64,000 nt of DNA from Verrucomicrobiota bacterium (GTDB lineage Bacteria > Verrucomicrobiota > Verrucomicrobiia > Limisphaerales > UBA9464), in the NCBI GenBank assembly GCA_035437945.1, contig DAOMZG010000002.1, positions 1,020-65,019 on the forward strand, in the 5' to 3' direction. This document shows, piece after piece, positions 18,417 to 28,151 of this stretch. The notes beneath the pieces were generated by a model. That model was not told the DNA's origin, ran no database searches, and saw only the letters and a list, made by a program, of their open reading frames with translations. Numbering within the stretch: position 1 is the stretch's first letter; every line of letters begins with the position of its first letter. Both the position numbers and the translations under genes were made by a program.

Positions 18417-18487
18417 CCTGGAAGGGTTTCAGTGACGGGTGGTCCCAGGCAACTCCGAGTTTTGGGTGGGCAGCCGTTCATCGGTTC

Positions 18488-18541
18488 ATCCGGAGTCCAA
18501 CCTCCCGCCGCCTGAAGGCGGCTAAGGCCTGGACTCCGGAT
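18488..18541. repeat. Nested hairpin: 12-bp outer stem enclosing a 6-bp GCCGCC-TGAA-GGCGGC hairpin
   Basis: ATCCGGAGTCCA (18488-18499) is the exact reverse complement of TGGACTCCGGAT (18530-18541). Intergenic, 72 nt upstream of the transporter start. Confidence 0.6.
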
Positions 18542-18635
18542 CGAATACCATCGACACAGTTTTCCGTTTCACCACTTCTACATGTTTGAGGCTTGACAGT
18601 AACTAGGTGGTTTCGACGACGCCGTCATACCCGTT

Positions 18636-19274
18636 ATGAGCCCTTACAGCCAGCAATCCTCTCAAGGTTCGTCTTCGATTCTTGGTCGTGCGCGACAGTT
18701 GGGACTAGCAATTGGCCTTTCCGTTGGCGGGATGCTCCAGGCCACACATTACTATGTTTCGACCACTCAGACCCCAGGTTCTGGTACCTCATTGAGTCCG
18801 TTGACGCTCACCCAAGCGTTGAACAAGATCCAATCCGGCGCTGAGCAAGATGTGGATCTCCGGTTTCTTCCCGGAACTTACACTATCACCGACCCCAACG
18901 GAATCCGCAGCCCCTACAGTAGTAATCCGAGGAGAATAGCCCTAATCGGAGTTCCCACCGGCACCAGTATGACCGGCGAGTGTATCCTCAAGTGGGCAGA
19001 CAATGTCGTGGGGACTGAGCCCACGACGGATGATCGGGTATACGAACATTATTTCGCCTCAACGACCTTGGATTTGGATCGCTTTGTCCTCGAAAACCTC
19101 ACACTGGATGGGAATTTTCTCAGCCAGACCTCGGTGGTTGGGCCCCACTACCGCGAAGGTTACAAGTCAGGGGCGGTTAAGGTGAGCGCCAAAACCGGGC
19201 GAATTCGCAATTGCGTTATTCGCAACTTTGGCGCCCAAGGAATCGTCCCATGGGGCTCCACGGTGAATGCCTGA
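18636..19274 (+). CDS. Right-handed beta-helix protein, N-terminal segment (ends at an in-frame TGA)
   Basis: The YYVSTTQTPGSGTSLSPLTLTQAL opening is typical of pectate-lyase-fold/DUF1565-like proteins; LENLTLDGN and NCVIRNF beta-helix rungs. Same frame as the next ORF. Confidence 0.6.
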   Translation: MSPYSQQSSQGSSSILGRARQLGLAIGLSVGGMLQATHYYVSTTQTPGSGTSLSPLTLTQALNKIQSGAEQDVDLRFLPGTYTITDPNGIRSPYSSNPRRIALIGVPTGTSMTGECILKWADNVVGTEPTTDDRVYEHYFASTTLDLDRFVLENLTLDGNFLSQTSVVGPHYREGYKSGAVKVSAKTGRIRNCVIRNFGAQGIVPWGSTVNA

Positions 19275-19295
19275 GTCGAAGCGTTTCCAATCCTA

Positions 19296-21464
19296 GTGAC
19301 AGCTAGTGATCCCAGTGCCGTGGGCAGTAATTGGCCGCAAGGAGGCGAATTGGACACGCATCCCTGGGTGGTGGAAGACAATGAAGTGTGCCAGTTGCAC
19401 TTTCGTTACTTTGCCTATGGGACAGCCATTGTGGTCAACCCGGTTCACTCCGGGTCAGTTTACCCGACTTTGGATGCGCAGTGGTCGAATTGGTCGCCCG
19501 TCGCTGTCGTGCGACGGAACGTTGTTCGGGGTTCTCCGATCGCGTTCGGCGCAGGGGCTAGTTCTGGGACGTGGGTCAGCCAAGTGGTGATCGAAGACAA
19601 TGTGGTCGTCAATTCTGGGTTGGGTTTCAATCTCGACACCGGTTCTCTTCGGGAGTTCTGGCTTCGCAATAACGTCTTTCTTGATATTGTCACCTTGGGA
19701 CAGTATGGGCAGGCGCTGGTGGGGCCGCTTACTCTGGCTCACCACGCCCATCTCAAGGTTGACAACAACGCCGTTCGAATACGTGGGCGCTCAACGGCAG
19801 CCGAACTCAAATCGCTGGTCAGCTTCGATTATCGGGATTTTGATAGTGACGTGAATGGAGAATCGTTCAGCGACCCCAACTTGGACCTCTGGCGGCCGGC
19901 CCAAGCTATTGCGGGAGGATTGATGATTCAGGGGCGCGCCGACGACATCCAGATGGTGGGGAATCGGTTTTCGACCTGGGCCAGCGGCAGCGGAGTCAGT
20001 GGCGCCAACAAGTTTTTGAGCGTACCCTACCCCATGCCGATGGCGGCGACTTCCGGGGATGGTTGGTGGTATCCGAACGGGACGGTGACTGCCGACCCGA
20101 TTGTGGAGCTGTCCGATCCCAATTGGTGGTGCATGGTCTATCCGTGTGTTTCTCTAACTGCAGGTAGTTATATCAAGTTCAGCTCCGGGATCAGCCGGCG
20201 CAAACGAGCTCCAGCGACCAACGTGAAATTCCAACAAAACAAGATTTCATCTCGGCCCTACGATTTCGACTCAGTTGGAGAGACGATTGTCCCGGACCAG
20301 ATCCTCAGCGGCTCGCAGGAACTGCTATCAAACCCCGCGGCTCCGGAGGACCACACGGACCGACGCATACCGAAGGTGGCCCTCAGCCACCATTTTCAGC
20401 CAATCGGCTACATTGGCCGAGTGCTGCCGATGTTCGAAGATGATTCCAACTTCCCCGGTATCGCTCAGCGGCGGAAACTGCGGGGCGTCCTCGAGGTGGC
20501 CCTCGATCAGCTCGACTACAACCCAGCGACCGGAAGAATCCAGGTCCGAGCGCGCGTGGCCGAGCATCAAGTGCCAAATCCGAGTCTAGCCCCGACTCGA
20601 GTCCGAGAGGAGGGGTGGGTGACGGTTCGATTTGAGTTGGTCGGACCTTCGCCACCCGAGACTCCCACCGCTCCGCCGGAAATTCCCGGCTCTTGGTCAG
20701 ACGAAATCATTCAATCGACCTACCCGTTCAACTCGCAGGGTTTTGTTAATTTTGGTGTGGACGGTCCGCCCAACTATGCCGGCGCCCTGGCGGCGCGAGT
20801 GTGGATTGACGGTAACGAGGAGGGTACGCATGTGGGGTGGCCAACCAATCCTGCCCCGCCTTTGCCTGATGCCCCACCGAAGAATCCGGCGGAAATTCGC
20901 CGATTTGCCCGGGCCTCGTGGCAACCTGCGGAATCCGAAACTTGGGAGGAATCCCGGGATGCTTGGGCGCAGGCACAAATCACTGTCGGCCGAGCCGGCG
21001 CCGACGCGGTCGAGGTCACAACGCAACCGGATGCAACCAACGAACGGAACGGCAAACGGGCGAAATTGATGTTCAGCCGTTTGGCTGATGCCAATAGCCC
21101 CGCCCTCACGGTGAACTTTTCATTCCCGACAACGGGATCAGGGATTGTCCGCCCCGGCGCCTATGGGAACTCCGGATCTGGAGACTATTATTTTAGTTCG
21201 GCTTCGGTTCCCGCTAGCCTTCAGCCTGAAAGTTGGACTGCCAACGCCTCGGGAGGAACGATCCGCTTCCAGGCTGGCAAGTCTCAGGCGGTGATCGAAG
21301 TTGTTCCGCGTCTGGATGAGCAATTCGAGCGAGAAACGGCCTACGTAGCGCTTACCTCGGGTACCGGCTACACCCCGGCGGGCCGCACCAGCGCCGCCAT
21401 AATGCTCTACGACAGCGCGACTTGGAGTCTCACGGAGTTAACTTCCACGGTCTCGGATTCATGA
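19296..21464 (+). CDS. Beta-helix continuation with C-terminal Calx-beta-like domain
   Basis: Frame is open from 19275, directly after TGA 19272-19274. Beta-helix rungs (VIEDNVVVNS, LRNNVFLD, VDNNAVRI). The C-terminus RFQAGKSQAVIEVVPRLDEQFERETAYVALTS resembles Calx-beta. Confidence 0.6.
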   Translation: MTASDPSAVGSNWPQGGELDTHPWVVEDNEVCQLHFRYFAYGTAIVVNPVHSGSVYPTLDAQWSNWSPVAVVRRNVVRGSPIAFGAGASSGTWVSQVVIEDNVVVNSGLGFNLDTGSLREFWLRNNVFLDIVTLGQYGQALVGPLTLAHHAHLKVDNNAVRIRGRSTAAELKSLVSFDYRDFDSDVNGESFSDPNLDLWRPAQAIAGGLMIQGRADDIQMVGNRFSTWASGSGVSGANKFLSVPYPMPMAATSGDGWWYPNGTVTADPIVELSDPNWWCMVYPCVSLTAGSYIKFSSGISRRKRAPATNVKFQQNKISSRPYDFDSVGETIVPDQILSGSQELLSNPAAPEDHTDRRIPKVALSHHFQPIGYIGRVLPMFEDDSNFPGIAQRRKLRGVLEVALDQLDYNPATGRIQVRARVAEHQVPNPSLAPTRVREEGWVTVRFELVGPSPPETPTAPPEIPGSWSDEIIQSTYPFNSQGFVNFGVDGPPNYAGALAARVWIDGNEEGTHVGWPTNPAPPLPDAPPKNPAEIRRFARASWQPAESETWEESRDAWAQAQITVGRAGADAVEVTTQPDATNERNGKRAKLMFSRLADANSPALTVNFSFPTTGSGIVRPGAYGNSGSGDYYFSSASVPASLQPESWTANASGGTIRFQAGKSQAVIEVVPRLDEQFERETAYVALTSGTGYTPAGRTSAAIMLYDSATWSLTELTSTVSDS

Positions 21465-22225
21465 ACGCACGTTACTTATTTCTGGTCTTGTATTTTGTTT
21501 ATGTGGGACCTGCCAGCGCTCAACTGCTCAGGGAATCTATCTCGGAATACCGCAAAGACTTCGATGGCGATTCTGATCTAGATTGGGCGTCGTTTGTCCT
21601 TGTCGTCGTCTTTCAAGATACTAGCGAGCTGCCACTTTATGAAGTTAGGAATGAGCTCAGGGTGTCGAGACAGGCGGCCGTGCTCGTCGCTACCACAAAT
21701 CGAATTGAGTTTGAACCCGGAGAGGAGATCACTCTTCAAGCGAAGGAGTATTTTTCTCAGGTTCATCAACTTCCTTACCTTTGGCTTCAGGTGTATCAGT
21801 GGGATGAGTCAGATTGGCTCAGGAGGACCTTCGACGAATTTCCCGGCCAATACGAAGTCATCGTGGGTACAAAATACACTAATCCCGACACCGCCGACGT
21901 GACGCTCGGCTGGTTTCGTTATCGGCGAGAGAATCTTGACCCCGGCCACGCTTATCGGCTGCAAGAAATGGCTTACCACCCGATCCCCAATCAGAGTATC
22001 CGCGCGGGATTACCTCCCGACTTGCCCGAACCCAACTTTGCTTGGAACGAGGAAGGTTTGACGGTGTCCTGGCCCGATTACGCCTGGATGTTGCGATTGG
22101 AAATGACCGAGACCTTGTCCCCGCCTGAGTGGAAGCCGGTGGATACGGGCGGGTTTACCTCGGTGACCCTCGCCCTCGAAGATCAAGCGTCAGTGTTCTT
22201 CCGGCTGGTTGCTCTGGCGCCATAA
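21461..22225 (+). CDS. Secreted hypothetical protein
   Basis: Signal peptide MNARYLFLVLYFVYVGPASAQ. ATGA overlap with the upstream stop. I recognise no family. Confidence 0.55.
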   Translation: MNARYLFLVLYFVYVGPASAQLLRESISEYRKDFDGDSDLDWASFVLVVVFQDTSELPLYEVRNELRVSRQAAVLVATTNRIEFEPGEEITLQAKEYFSQVHQLPYLWLQVYQWDESDWLRRTFDEFPGQYEVIVGTKYTNPDTADVTLGWFRYRRENLDPGHAYRLQEMAYHPIPNQSIRAGLPPDLPEPNFAWNEEGLTVSWPDYAWMLRLEMTETLSPPEWKPVDTGGFTSVTLALEDQASVFFRLVALAP

Positions 22226-22251
22226 AGGGATAACCGAATTGGGAGGCCGCG

Positions 22252-23148
22252 ATGGGCACTCTTTCAAATGCTGGGCGGGGCGGAGGCCGCCCGCAATCGT
22301 CGCCGTCCCGTCGTCCAGCGAGCCTCCGCTGGAACGCATTCACGCTGATCGAGCTACTCGTTGTTATCGCCATTGTCGCCATTCTGGCGGGGTTGCTCTT
22401 GCCTGGCCTGAGTCGAGCCCGAGCCAAAGCTCAGGGGATCGTTTGTCTTTCGAATCTTCATCAACTTACCTTGGGTTGGTTGCAGTATGCGATGGACGAT
22501 CGCGGCCGACTCTCACCCGCACTGGCGAATGGGGCAGGCATCGGATTCTTGCAAGACAGCGCCTGGACCGCCGGTTGGATTAGTTGGGATGGGCCGGCTC
22601 AGTTCTTTCCCGATATCACCAACAAGGCGTTGTTGATTGCGCCTGGTTCGGGACGAATCGGCCCGTATGTGAAGAATCCGGATATCTTTCGGTGTCCGAG
22701 CGATCCCAGCCGGTTCACGCGTCGAGGCAAGGGCTCGCTGCGAGTGCGGAGCTATGGGATGAATAATGCGATCGCGACTCCACCTTTCTTCACCGATGAC
22801 ACCCGAAATATCCGTCGTTTTTTCAAAGAGGACGACATTCCAGCGCACGGCGCCAGCCACCTTTATGTGTTCATTGATGAACATGAGTTTACGTTGGGTT
22901 CGACCGCGTTCTTCGTGATTGAAGAGCGCACACCGTCGAATGCGGTATGGGAAGACCTCCCGGCCGCGCGGCACGGAGGGCAGGGGGCGCTGTCCTTCGC
23001 CGATGGCCACGGTGAGCTGCACAGGTGGCTCGAGCAATCCACGACGCCTCCGACGAAGCATCTCTTCGATTCGCACGTCGTCTTTCCTGCTGAGTACAGT
23101 CGGGATTGGATTTGGCTCCATGAGAGGACTTCGAGCCGGGCTCCCTAA
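22252..23148 (+). CDS. Prepilin-type N-terminal cleavage/methylation protein with H-X9-DG domain (pseudopilin-like)
   Basis: [23 protein letters not shown] class-III signal. C-terminal [15 protein letters not shown] is exactly H-X9-DG. Confidence 0.85.
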   Translation: MGTLSNAGRGGGRPQSSPSRRPASLRWNAFTLIELLVVIAIVAILAGLLLPGLSRARAKAQGIVCLSNLHQLTLGWLQYAMDDRGRLSPALANGAGIGFLQDSAWTAGWISWDGPAQFFPDITNKALLIAPGSGRIGPYVKNPDIFRCPSDPSRFTRRGKGSLRVRSYGMNNAIATPPFFTDDTRNIRRFFKEDDIPAHGASHLYVFIDEHEFTLGSTAFFVIEERTPSNAVWEDLPAARHGGQGALSFADGHGELHRWLEQSTTPPTKHLFDSHVVFPAEYSRDWIWLHERTSSRAP

Positions 23149-23301
23149 CAGAGGAAACCCAGTACGCCTGTGGTCATTCGCCCGCAGTCCCGCATTCCGC
23201 AGGGCGCGTGCTGAACTGTAACGTGTGGGTGCACCTTCGGCACCGGGAGCGGGGCAGCGCGCCGCCGGCAGAAGTTAGCTAAAGCCGGGTCCCTACCCAC
23301 G

Positions 23302-24690
23302 TTACCCCTGTCCCGCGTAGTGAGCGTCCACGCGCGCCATGACGTCGCGGTAGCCGATGTCTTGTTCGTAGATGATCTTGAACTGTTCGATGGCCTCTTC
23401 CTTGCGGCCCATTCGCTCAAGGACGCATCCAAGCTGATAACGAAGCTCCTTGGCTTCGTCGTCGAAGACCTGCTTTTCCTTGAGCGCTTCCTGGAACTTT
23501 CGGGCGGCCAGGTCGTTCATGCCCCGCCGGCCGAAGGCCTGGGCCAGCAAGTTCATCGCGGCGATCCGTTTGTTCGGATTATTCTGCGCCTTCTGCAGTT
23601 CCGAGATAGCTTCGCCCAGCCGACCCGCTTCCAGATGCAGCTCTCCGAGTTCGAGGCGAATGGCCAGGTCGGTTGGATTGGCATCGGCGCGGCGTTTGGC
23701 ATCCGTCAGCCGCCACTCGTGTTTGCGGGCTTTGATGGCGGCGAGCTGGGCGGCGTAGTCTGGCAAGCTCGGATCCAGGGATTCCTCTTCATGTTCAAAC
23801 TCCGCCAACTTGGCATCACGAATCGCTTCCAAAATCATGGGATCGTTGACGCCTGCCTTGGCGAGGTACGCCTCCAGATAGCGGGTGGCATTCGCGAAGT
23901 CCTTCTTTTTTAGATGCAGGTCAGCGAGTTCGCGCAGGAGTTTCAGATTATCCGGCTCGCGAGCAAGCCGAGCCTCGTGTTCAACGATGAGCCGCGTGGC
24001 GACGTTTTCATCCTTCACGAGCCGATGTTGCTGCTCGAGCGAGTGAGACTCTTCCTTATCCTTGAGAATGTCGCGGAAGCTGCCTTCGCCTTTCTCGAGC
24101 TCCGCGTAGCCGCCTTCATGGAGGGTACGATTGGCCAAGACATTCTTGAGCTTTTCATTGACCTCGATGTCGGTGGGGTCGGATCGCAGAAGATCGCGGT
24201 AAATCTTTTCGGCCCGCAGTCTATTACCCAGTTGGCTGAGAGCCTCGGCTAGCTCAAGCGCCAGCTTTCGATCAGAGGGTTTGTGTTTGAACGCGACTTC
24301 GAGCGAAAGAATGGCCGTCTTGGGCATTCCCATCGCCATCGCCGCGTCAGCCAAAAGTTCATGGGCCGATGCATTTCCGGGATCTTCGTTCAGGACTTCT
24401 TCCGCTACTAGCAACGCGTCGCGAGGATTGGAGCGAAGGGCGACCTGACCCCGTGTCAGACTGCTCGCCGAACCGACGAACTTGCGGAAGAAACTGGTTT
24501 TGCCCGCGCTGCGCTTGTGTTGGGTAGCGCGGAGCGCCTCGCGGGCTTCGTAGAATCCAGGCTCGAGGCGCAAGGCTTGACCGAACAGGGTTAGGGCGTA
24601 GTCCAAATTATTCTTTTGAACGGCGGCGATTCCTTTGTCGTAGAGCTCGCGCGTCGCGAAGGGGATTTGGTCACGAGGCTTCTCTGGCAT
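23302..24690 (-). CDS. Tetratricopeptide-repeat protein
   Basis: Repeated 34-aa A/L/Y/G helical patterns throughout (for example AIEQFKIIYEQDIGYRDV). Confidence 0.8.
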   Translation of the reverse strand: MPEKPRDQIPFATRELYDKGIAAVQKNNLDYALTLFGQALRLEPGFYEAREALRATQHKRSAGKTSFFRKFVGSASSLTRGQVALRSNPRDALLVAEEVLNEDPGNASAHELLADAAMAMGMPKTAILSLEVAFKHKPSDRKLALELAEALSQLGNRLRAEKIYRDLLRSDPTDIEVNEKLKNVLANRTLHEGGYAELEKGEGSFRDILKDKEESHSLEQQHRLVKDENVATRLIVEHEARLAREPDNLKLLRELADLHLKKKDFANATRYLEAYLAKAGVNDPMILEAIRDAKLAEFEHEEESLDPSLPDYAAQLAAIKARKHEWRLTDAKRRADANPTDLAIRLELGELHLEAGRLGEAISELQKAQNNPNKRIAAMNLLAQAFGRRGMNDLAARKFQEALKEKQVFDDEAKELRYQLGCVLERMGRKEEAIEQFKIIYEQDIGYRDVMARVDAHYAGQG

Positions 24691-24800
24691 GCCGCAAGTC
24701 TAAAAACACGGCTGGGTTGTGGCCAACCTTGTTTTGTTCAGTGGCGTAAACAACAGGCCGGAGATTTTGACGGAACCGTCGTCAGGCGACACGTTGTGGA

Positions 24801-25775
24801 ATGGCTGCGTTCATCACTGGAGCTCGAAAGTTTTGCTGCGCTGCCGTCCTTTTGTTCGGCGTTGGGGCCATGGCAGCGCAGCCGTTCCTAGAGTTTCGCG
24901 GGTTGGCCAATGCTTCGGCGGGCGTGCGGGTGGGCACGGACCGTTTTCTGGCGGGCTGCGATGAACAAAACGACCTCCTGCTCTACCGGGCGTCGGCCGG
25001 AGGCGAACCGTTGGCGTCGATCGCCGTTTCCCCATGGTTGGGACTGACCACCCGAAATGGTGAGGCCGATTTCGAGGGTGCGGCGCGGATCGATGACGTG
25101 ACGTTTTGGATCGGTTCCCACGCGCGGAGCCGTTCCGGAGAGAAACGTCCGGATCGCCAACGACTCGTGGCCTTGCGCCTGCGTGATGAAGACGGCACAC
25201 CGCGGCTGGAATTGGTGGGTAAACCGGTGACCACACTGCTGGCGCAGATGGCTGCGGCTCCTTCGTTGGCGCAATTCAACTTAGCGGCTGCCGCCAAACT
25301 AGAGCCAGAAAAGGGCGGTGGGCTCAACATCGAGGGACTGGCCGCTGGCCCAGACCGGTCGTTACTCATCGGCTTCCGAAATCCGGTTCCGGAAGGCCGG
25401 GCTCTACTGGTCCCCCTGGTCAACCCATTTGCCGTCATCGAGGGTCAACCCGCTCAATTGGGAGAGCCTCGGCTACTCGATTTCGGCGGCCGCGGGATTC
25501 GGGATCTCGTCTGGACCGGGCGCGAGTATTTCGTGATCGGGGGGTCATCGGGCGACGGCGGGAAAAGTCATGTGTACCGATGGGATGGCCATTCGGCGGC
25601 CGCGGAACGCCTGAAAGTTCCCGATCTTCAATCAATGAATCCAGAGGCGCTCATTTTGTTTGGGACCCCCGAGAAACCGCGATTGTTGGTGTTGAGTGAC
25701 GACGGGGGACGGCCGTGGAACGAAACCTCCGATATGAGGCTGCGGCACTTCAGGGCCCTCTGGGTCAATCCTTGA
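24801..25775 (+). CDS. Secreted protein, DUF3616-like
   Basis: Signal peptide. The GEADFEGAARIDDVTFWIGSHARSRSGEKRPDRQRL block matches my recollection of DUF3616. Confidence 0.5.
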   Translation: MAAFITGARKFCCAAVLLFGVGAMAAQPFLEFRGLANASAGVRVGTDRFLAGCDEQNDLLLYRASAGGEPLASIAVSPWLGLTTRNGEADFEGAARIDDVTFWIGSHARSRSGEKRPDRQRLVALRLRDEDGTPRLELVGKPVTTLLAQMAAAPSLAQFNLAAAAKLEPEKGGGLNIEGLAAGPDRSLLIGFRNPVPEGRALLVPLVNPFAVIEGQPAQLGEPRLLDFGGRGIRDLVWTGREYFVIGGSSGDGGKSHVYRWDGHSAAAERLKVPDLQSMNPEALILFGTPEKPRLLVLSDDGGRPWNETSDMRLRHFRALWVNP

Positions 25776-25795
25776 CCCGAAACGCACTCGACGCG

Positions 25796-26386
25796 CTAGT
25801 TCGCTCCGGCATGAGTGTCCTGCCGGCGTTTGCAGGAGGCCAATCCAAACAGGGCAATCGCCAACAGTCCGGCGCCCGAACCGGAATCCGGCACGGTCCT
25901 CGGAATCACGCCGATGGGAACGACTGACTGGGAGTCGGGTACGAATTCGACGATGCCTTCGATGCGCGCCCGTAGCCCTCCCTGACTAGGGTTGATGTCG
26001 ATCTCTAGGTTGTCTCCACCATTGGAGATGGCCGAAATGAAAATCGGCAGTTCGACATTGCTGCCGCTCCATAATAGAGGCGATTGGGAGATACTGGCGT
26101 TAATCCCGTTGGACCAGGGAACGGCGGTGGCCAGCGCGACCGGTGCGTCATTCAGCAGAAGGGTGAGGATGGACTCGATCTGAAACGAACCGGCCGCGGC
26201 CAAATCGGCCTGAGTGCCAGTCGTTGCCATGGTCCCAGAAATTGTGTCGATCCCGTCCGAGGCGCTGAAGGTCCAGGTGATCGCGCTCGAGTTAACCGAG
26301 GACGAAATAATCCAGAGCGTGGTGAGGGTGAGCAGCGAGGTAAGCTTGCCGAACGGGGTGGGTACAAAGAGGCTCGCGGGGATCAT
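25796..26386 (-). CDS. PEP-CTERM sorting-domain protein
   Basis: C-terminal VPDSGSGAGLLAIALFGLASCKRRQ (motif, TM, basic cluster) and an N-terminal signal. Confidence 0.75.
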   Translation of the reverse strand: MIPASLFVPTPFGKLTSLLTLTTLWIISSSVNSSAITWTFSASDGIDTISGTMATTGTQADLAAAGSFQIESILTLLLNDAPVALATAVPWSNGINASISQSPLLWSGSNVELPIFISAISNGGDNLEIDINPSQGGLRARIEGIVEFVPDSQSVVPIGVIPRTVPDSGSGAGLLAIALFGLASCKRRQDTHAGAN

Positions 26387-26740
26387 ATCAGGTCAGTAGG
26401 TTTACCGGGCACGGCTTTTGAGGCGTGGCTTCTCTTGTGTCAAAACTATTCGTAGGTCGAAAGCGTCGACGAATTGCGGCACTCGCAACCGTGGCTCAAA
26501 GGCCCGATACCCGATAAGACCTGACAAGGCCAAGTTCACTCAAAAATCCGAGCAGTTGGGCCAGCACCAGCAGAGCCGGTCGGTATCTTTATCCTGAAGC
26601 CATGTGCAAAACGGCCACCGACGGGCGCTTCAGAAGAGGGGCTGCCACGATCTTCGGGATTGGCCCGGTCGCGGCGGTGGCGGAAGGATATGTGTTCCAG
26701 GTTTGAACTATTTTCCAGGACCGGATAGAACGAAGCGGTC

Positions 26741-27802
26741 TTGACCCAGTCTATGAAACATTTCCTTCCGTCCTTCGCTTCCACGTCGGGACAGCACGCC
26801 GCCACCACCTCCATTCGTGTTGCCGTCCTGGCCAGCGTAACCCTCGCTATTTCTGCGAGCGCGGCGCCGGACTTCCAAAAAGACATACTGCCCATCCTTC
26901 AGCAGCGCTGTGTGGAGTGTCACGGGCCCGACAAGCAAAAGGGCAAACTGCGTCTCGACTCGAAGGAGGCTACCTTCAAGGGCGGCAAGGACGGGCCGGC
27001 CTTGACCGCTGGCGACGCCGCTGCGAGCGAGATGATCAAACGGGTTTCTCTCCCGAAGAGCGACGACGATCATATGCCTCCGGAAGGCGACCCTTTGACC
27101 GAGGCCCAAATCACCTTGTTGAAAGAGTGGATCGCGGCGGGGGCGAATTGGCCCGACGGAGTCGTCATCAGTCCCCCGGCTAAAGCGGAGACCACGGCAG
27201 CGGCTCCGGTTAGGCAAGGTCCTCCGCCCCCGCCCCTGCCTGAACTCCCCAAAGACTTTAAGCCTGGCCCCGCTGAAGCCACCGCGGTGGCCACGTTGGC
27301 AAAGGCTGGCCTGGAGGTGCGCCCCGTCGCCCAAAACGTCCCGTGGCGTGAGGCGAACTTCCGTCTCGCGGGTAGTAACGTCACCGACGCCGCGATCGCC
27401 CCATTGAAGGACGTGACTTCATTGATCGAACTGAACCTGGGCACGACTCGGGTCACGGATGCGGGCCTGGTGGCGGTGGCTTCCCTCGGATTCCTCCAGA
27501 ATTTTCAGGCTCCGCTCACCGCGCTCACTGATGCCGGGATCGCCAAACTCACCGGACTTTCCAACTTGGTGACCCTGAATCTTTATGGCACGCAGGTCAC
27601 GGATGCGGGGTTGGAACAACTCAAGGGATTGAAGCATTTGCGCGCACTTTATGTGTGGCAGACCAAGGTCACGCCGGAAGGTGCGGCAAAATTGCGCGAG
27701 GCTATGCCAGGATTGTATGTGAACACCGGCGCCGAACTGCTTGCCATGGCGACCAACGCGCCGGCGGAAAAGAAGGAAGAGAAAAAGGAGGACAAGAAGT
27801 AA
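26741..27802 (+). CDS. Planctomycete-type cytochrome c (PSCyt1) domain plus leucine-rich repeats
   Basis: DILPILQQRCVECHGPDKQKGKLRLDS (CxxCH), repeated L..T.VTDAGL LRR units, and a KKEEKKEDKK tail. Confidence 0.75.
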   Translation: MTQSMKHFLPSFASTSGQHAATTSIRVAVLASVTLAISASAAPDFQKDILPILQQRCVECHGPDKQKGKLRLDSKEATFKGGKDGPALTAGDAAASEMIKRVSLPKSDDDHMPPEGDPLTEAQITLLKEWIAAGANWPDGVVISPPAKAETTAAAPVRQGPPPPPLPELPKDFKPGPAEATAVATLAKAGLEVRPVAQNVPWREANFRLAGSNVTDAAIAPLKDVTSLIELNLGTTRVTDAGLVAVASLGFLQNFQAPLTALTDAGIAKLTGLSNLVTLNLYGTQVTDAGLEQLKGLKHLRALYVWQTKVTPEGAAKLREAMPGLYVNTGAELLAMATNAPAEKKEEKKEDKK

Positions 27803-28151
27803 ACTCTGTCGGGTAGGGTCACTGCCCGATTCTCGGCCGGAACCTGTCGCAACCTTGCCATATTAGGATCGCGGAATTGGGTGGACTGTCCGAACGTTAG
27901 GGATGGCGCGCTGGGCCGTTCCTGTCCGTCAGGTCGGATTTCGCAACCGTGGGCGGGCAGCTTCCATGCAACGTATACGCGAGCGGGTGGGACCGTTGGT
28001 CAGGCAACGCCCGTGAAGGCCACAGTGGGCTGCGCCAACCGGAGAGCCGTCGCGGCGCAAGAGCCCTCCTGGGTTCATGGCTGTCTTGACCCAGGCAAGA
28101 TACCTGCAAGGCTGGCATCGGCGCCTTTAAAATGAGCGGCGCCACTACTGA

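Noticed and set aside
19272-19274. Reading the in-frame TGA as selenocysteine.
   Set aside because: I could find only weak 4-bp stems (CTAG...CTAG, CCCA...TGGG) in the 60 nt downstream and nothing resembling a bacterial SECIS. There is no redox-motif context (..NA-U-VEAF..). TGA is used as an ordinary stop by many genes in the window. I kept it only as a remote option in the finding.
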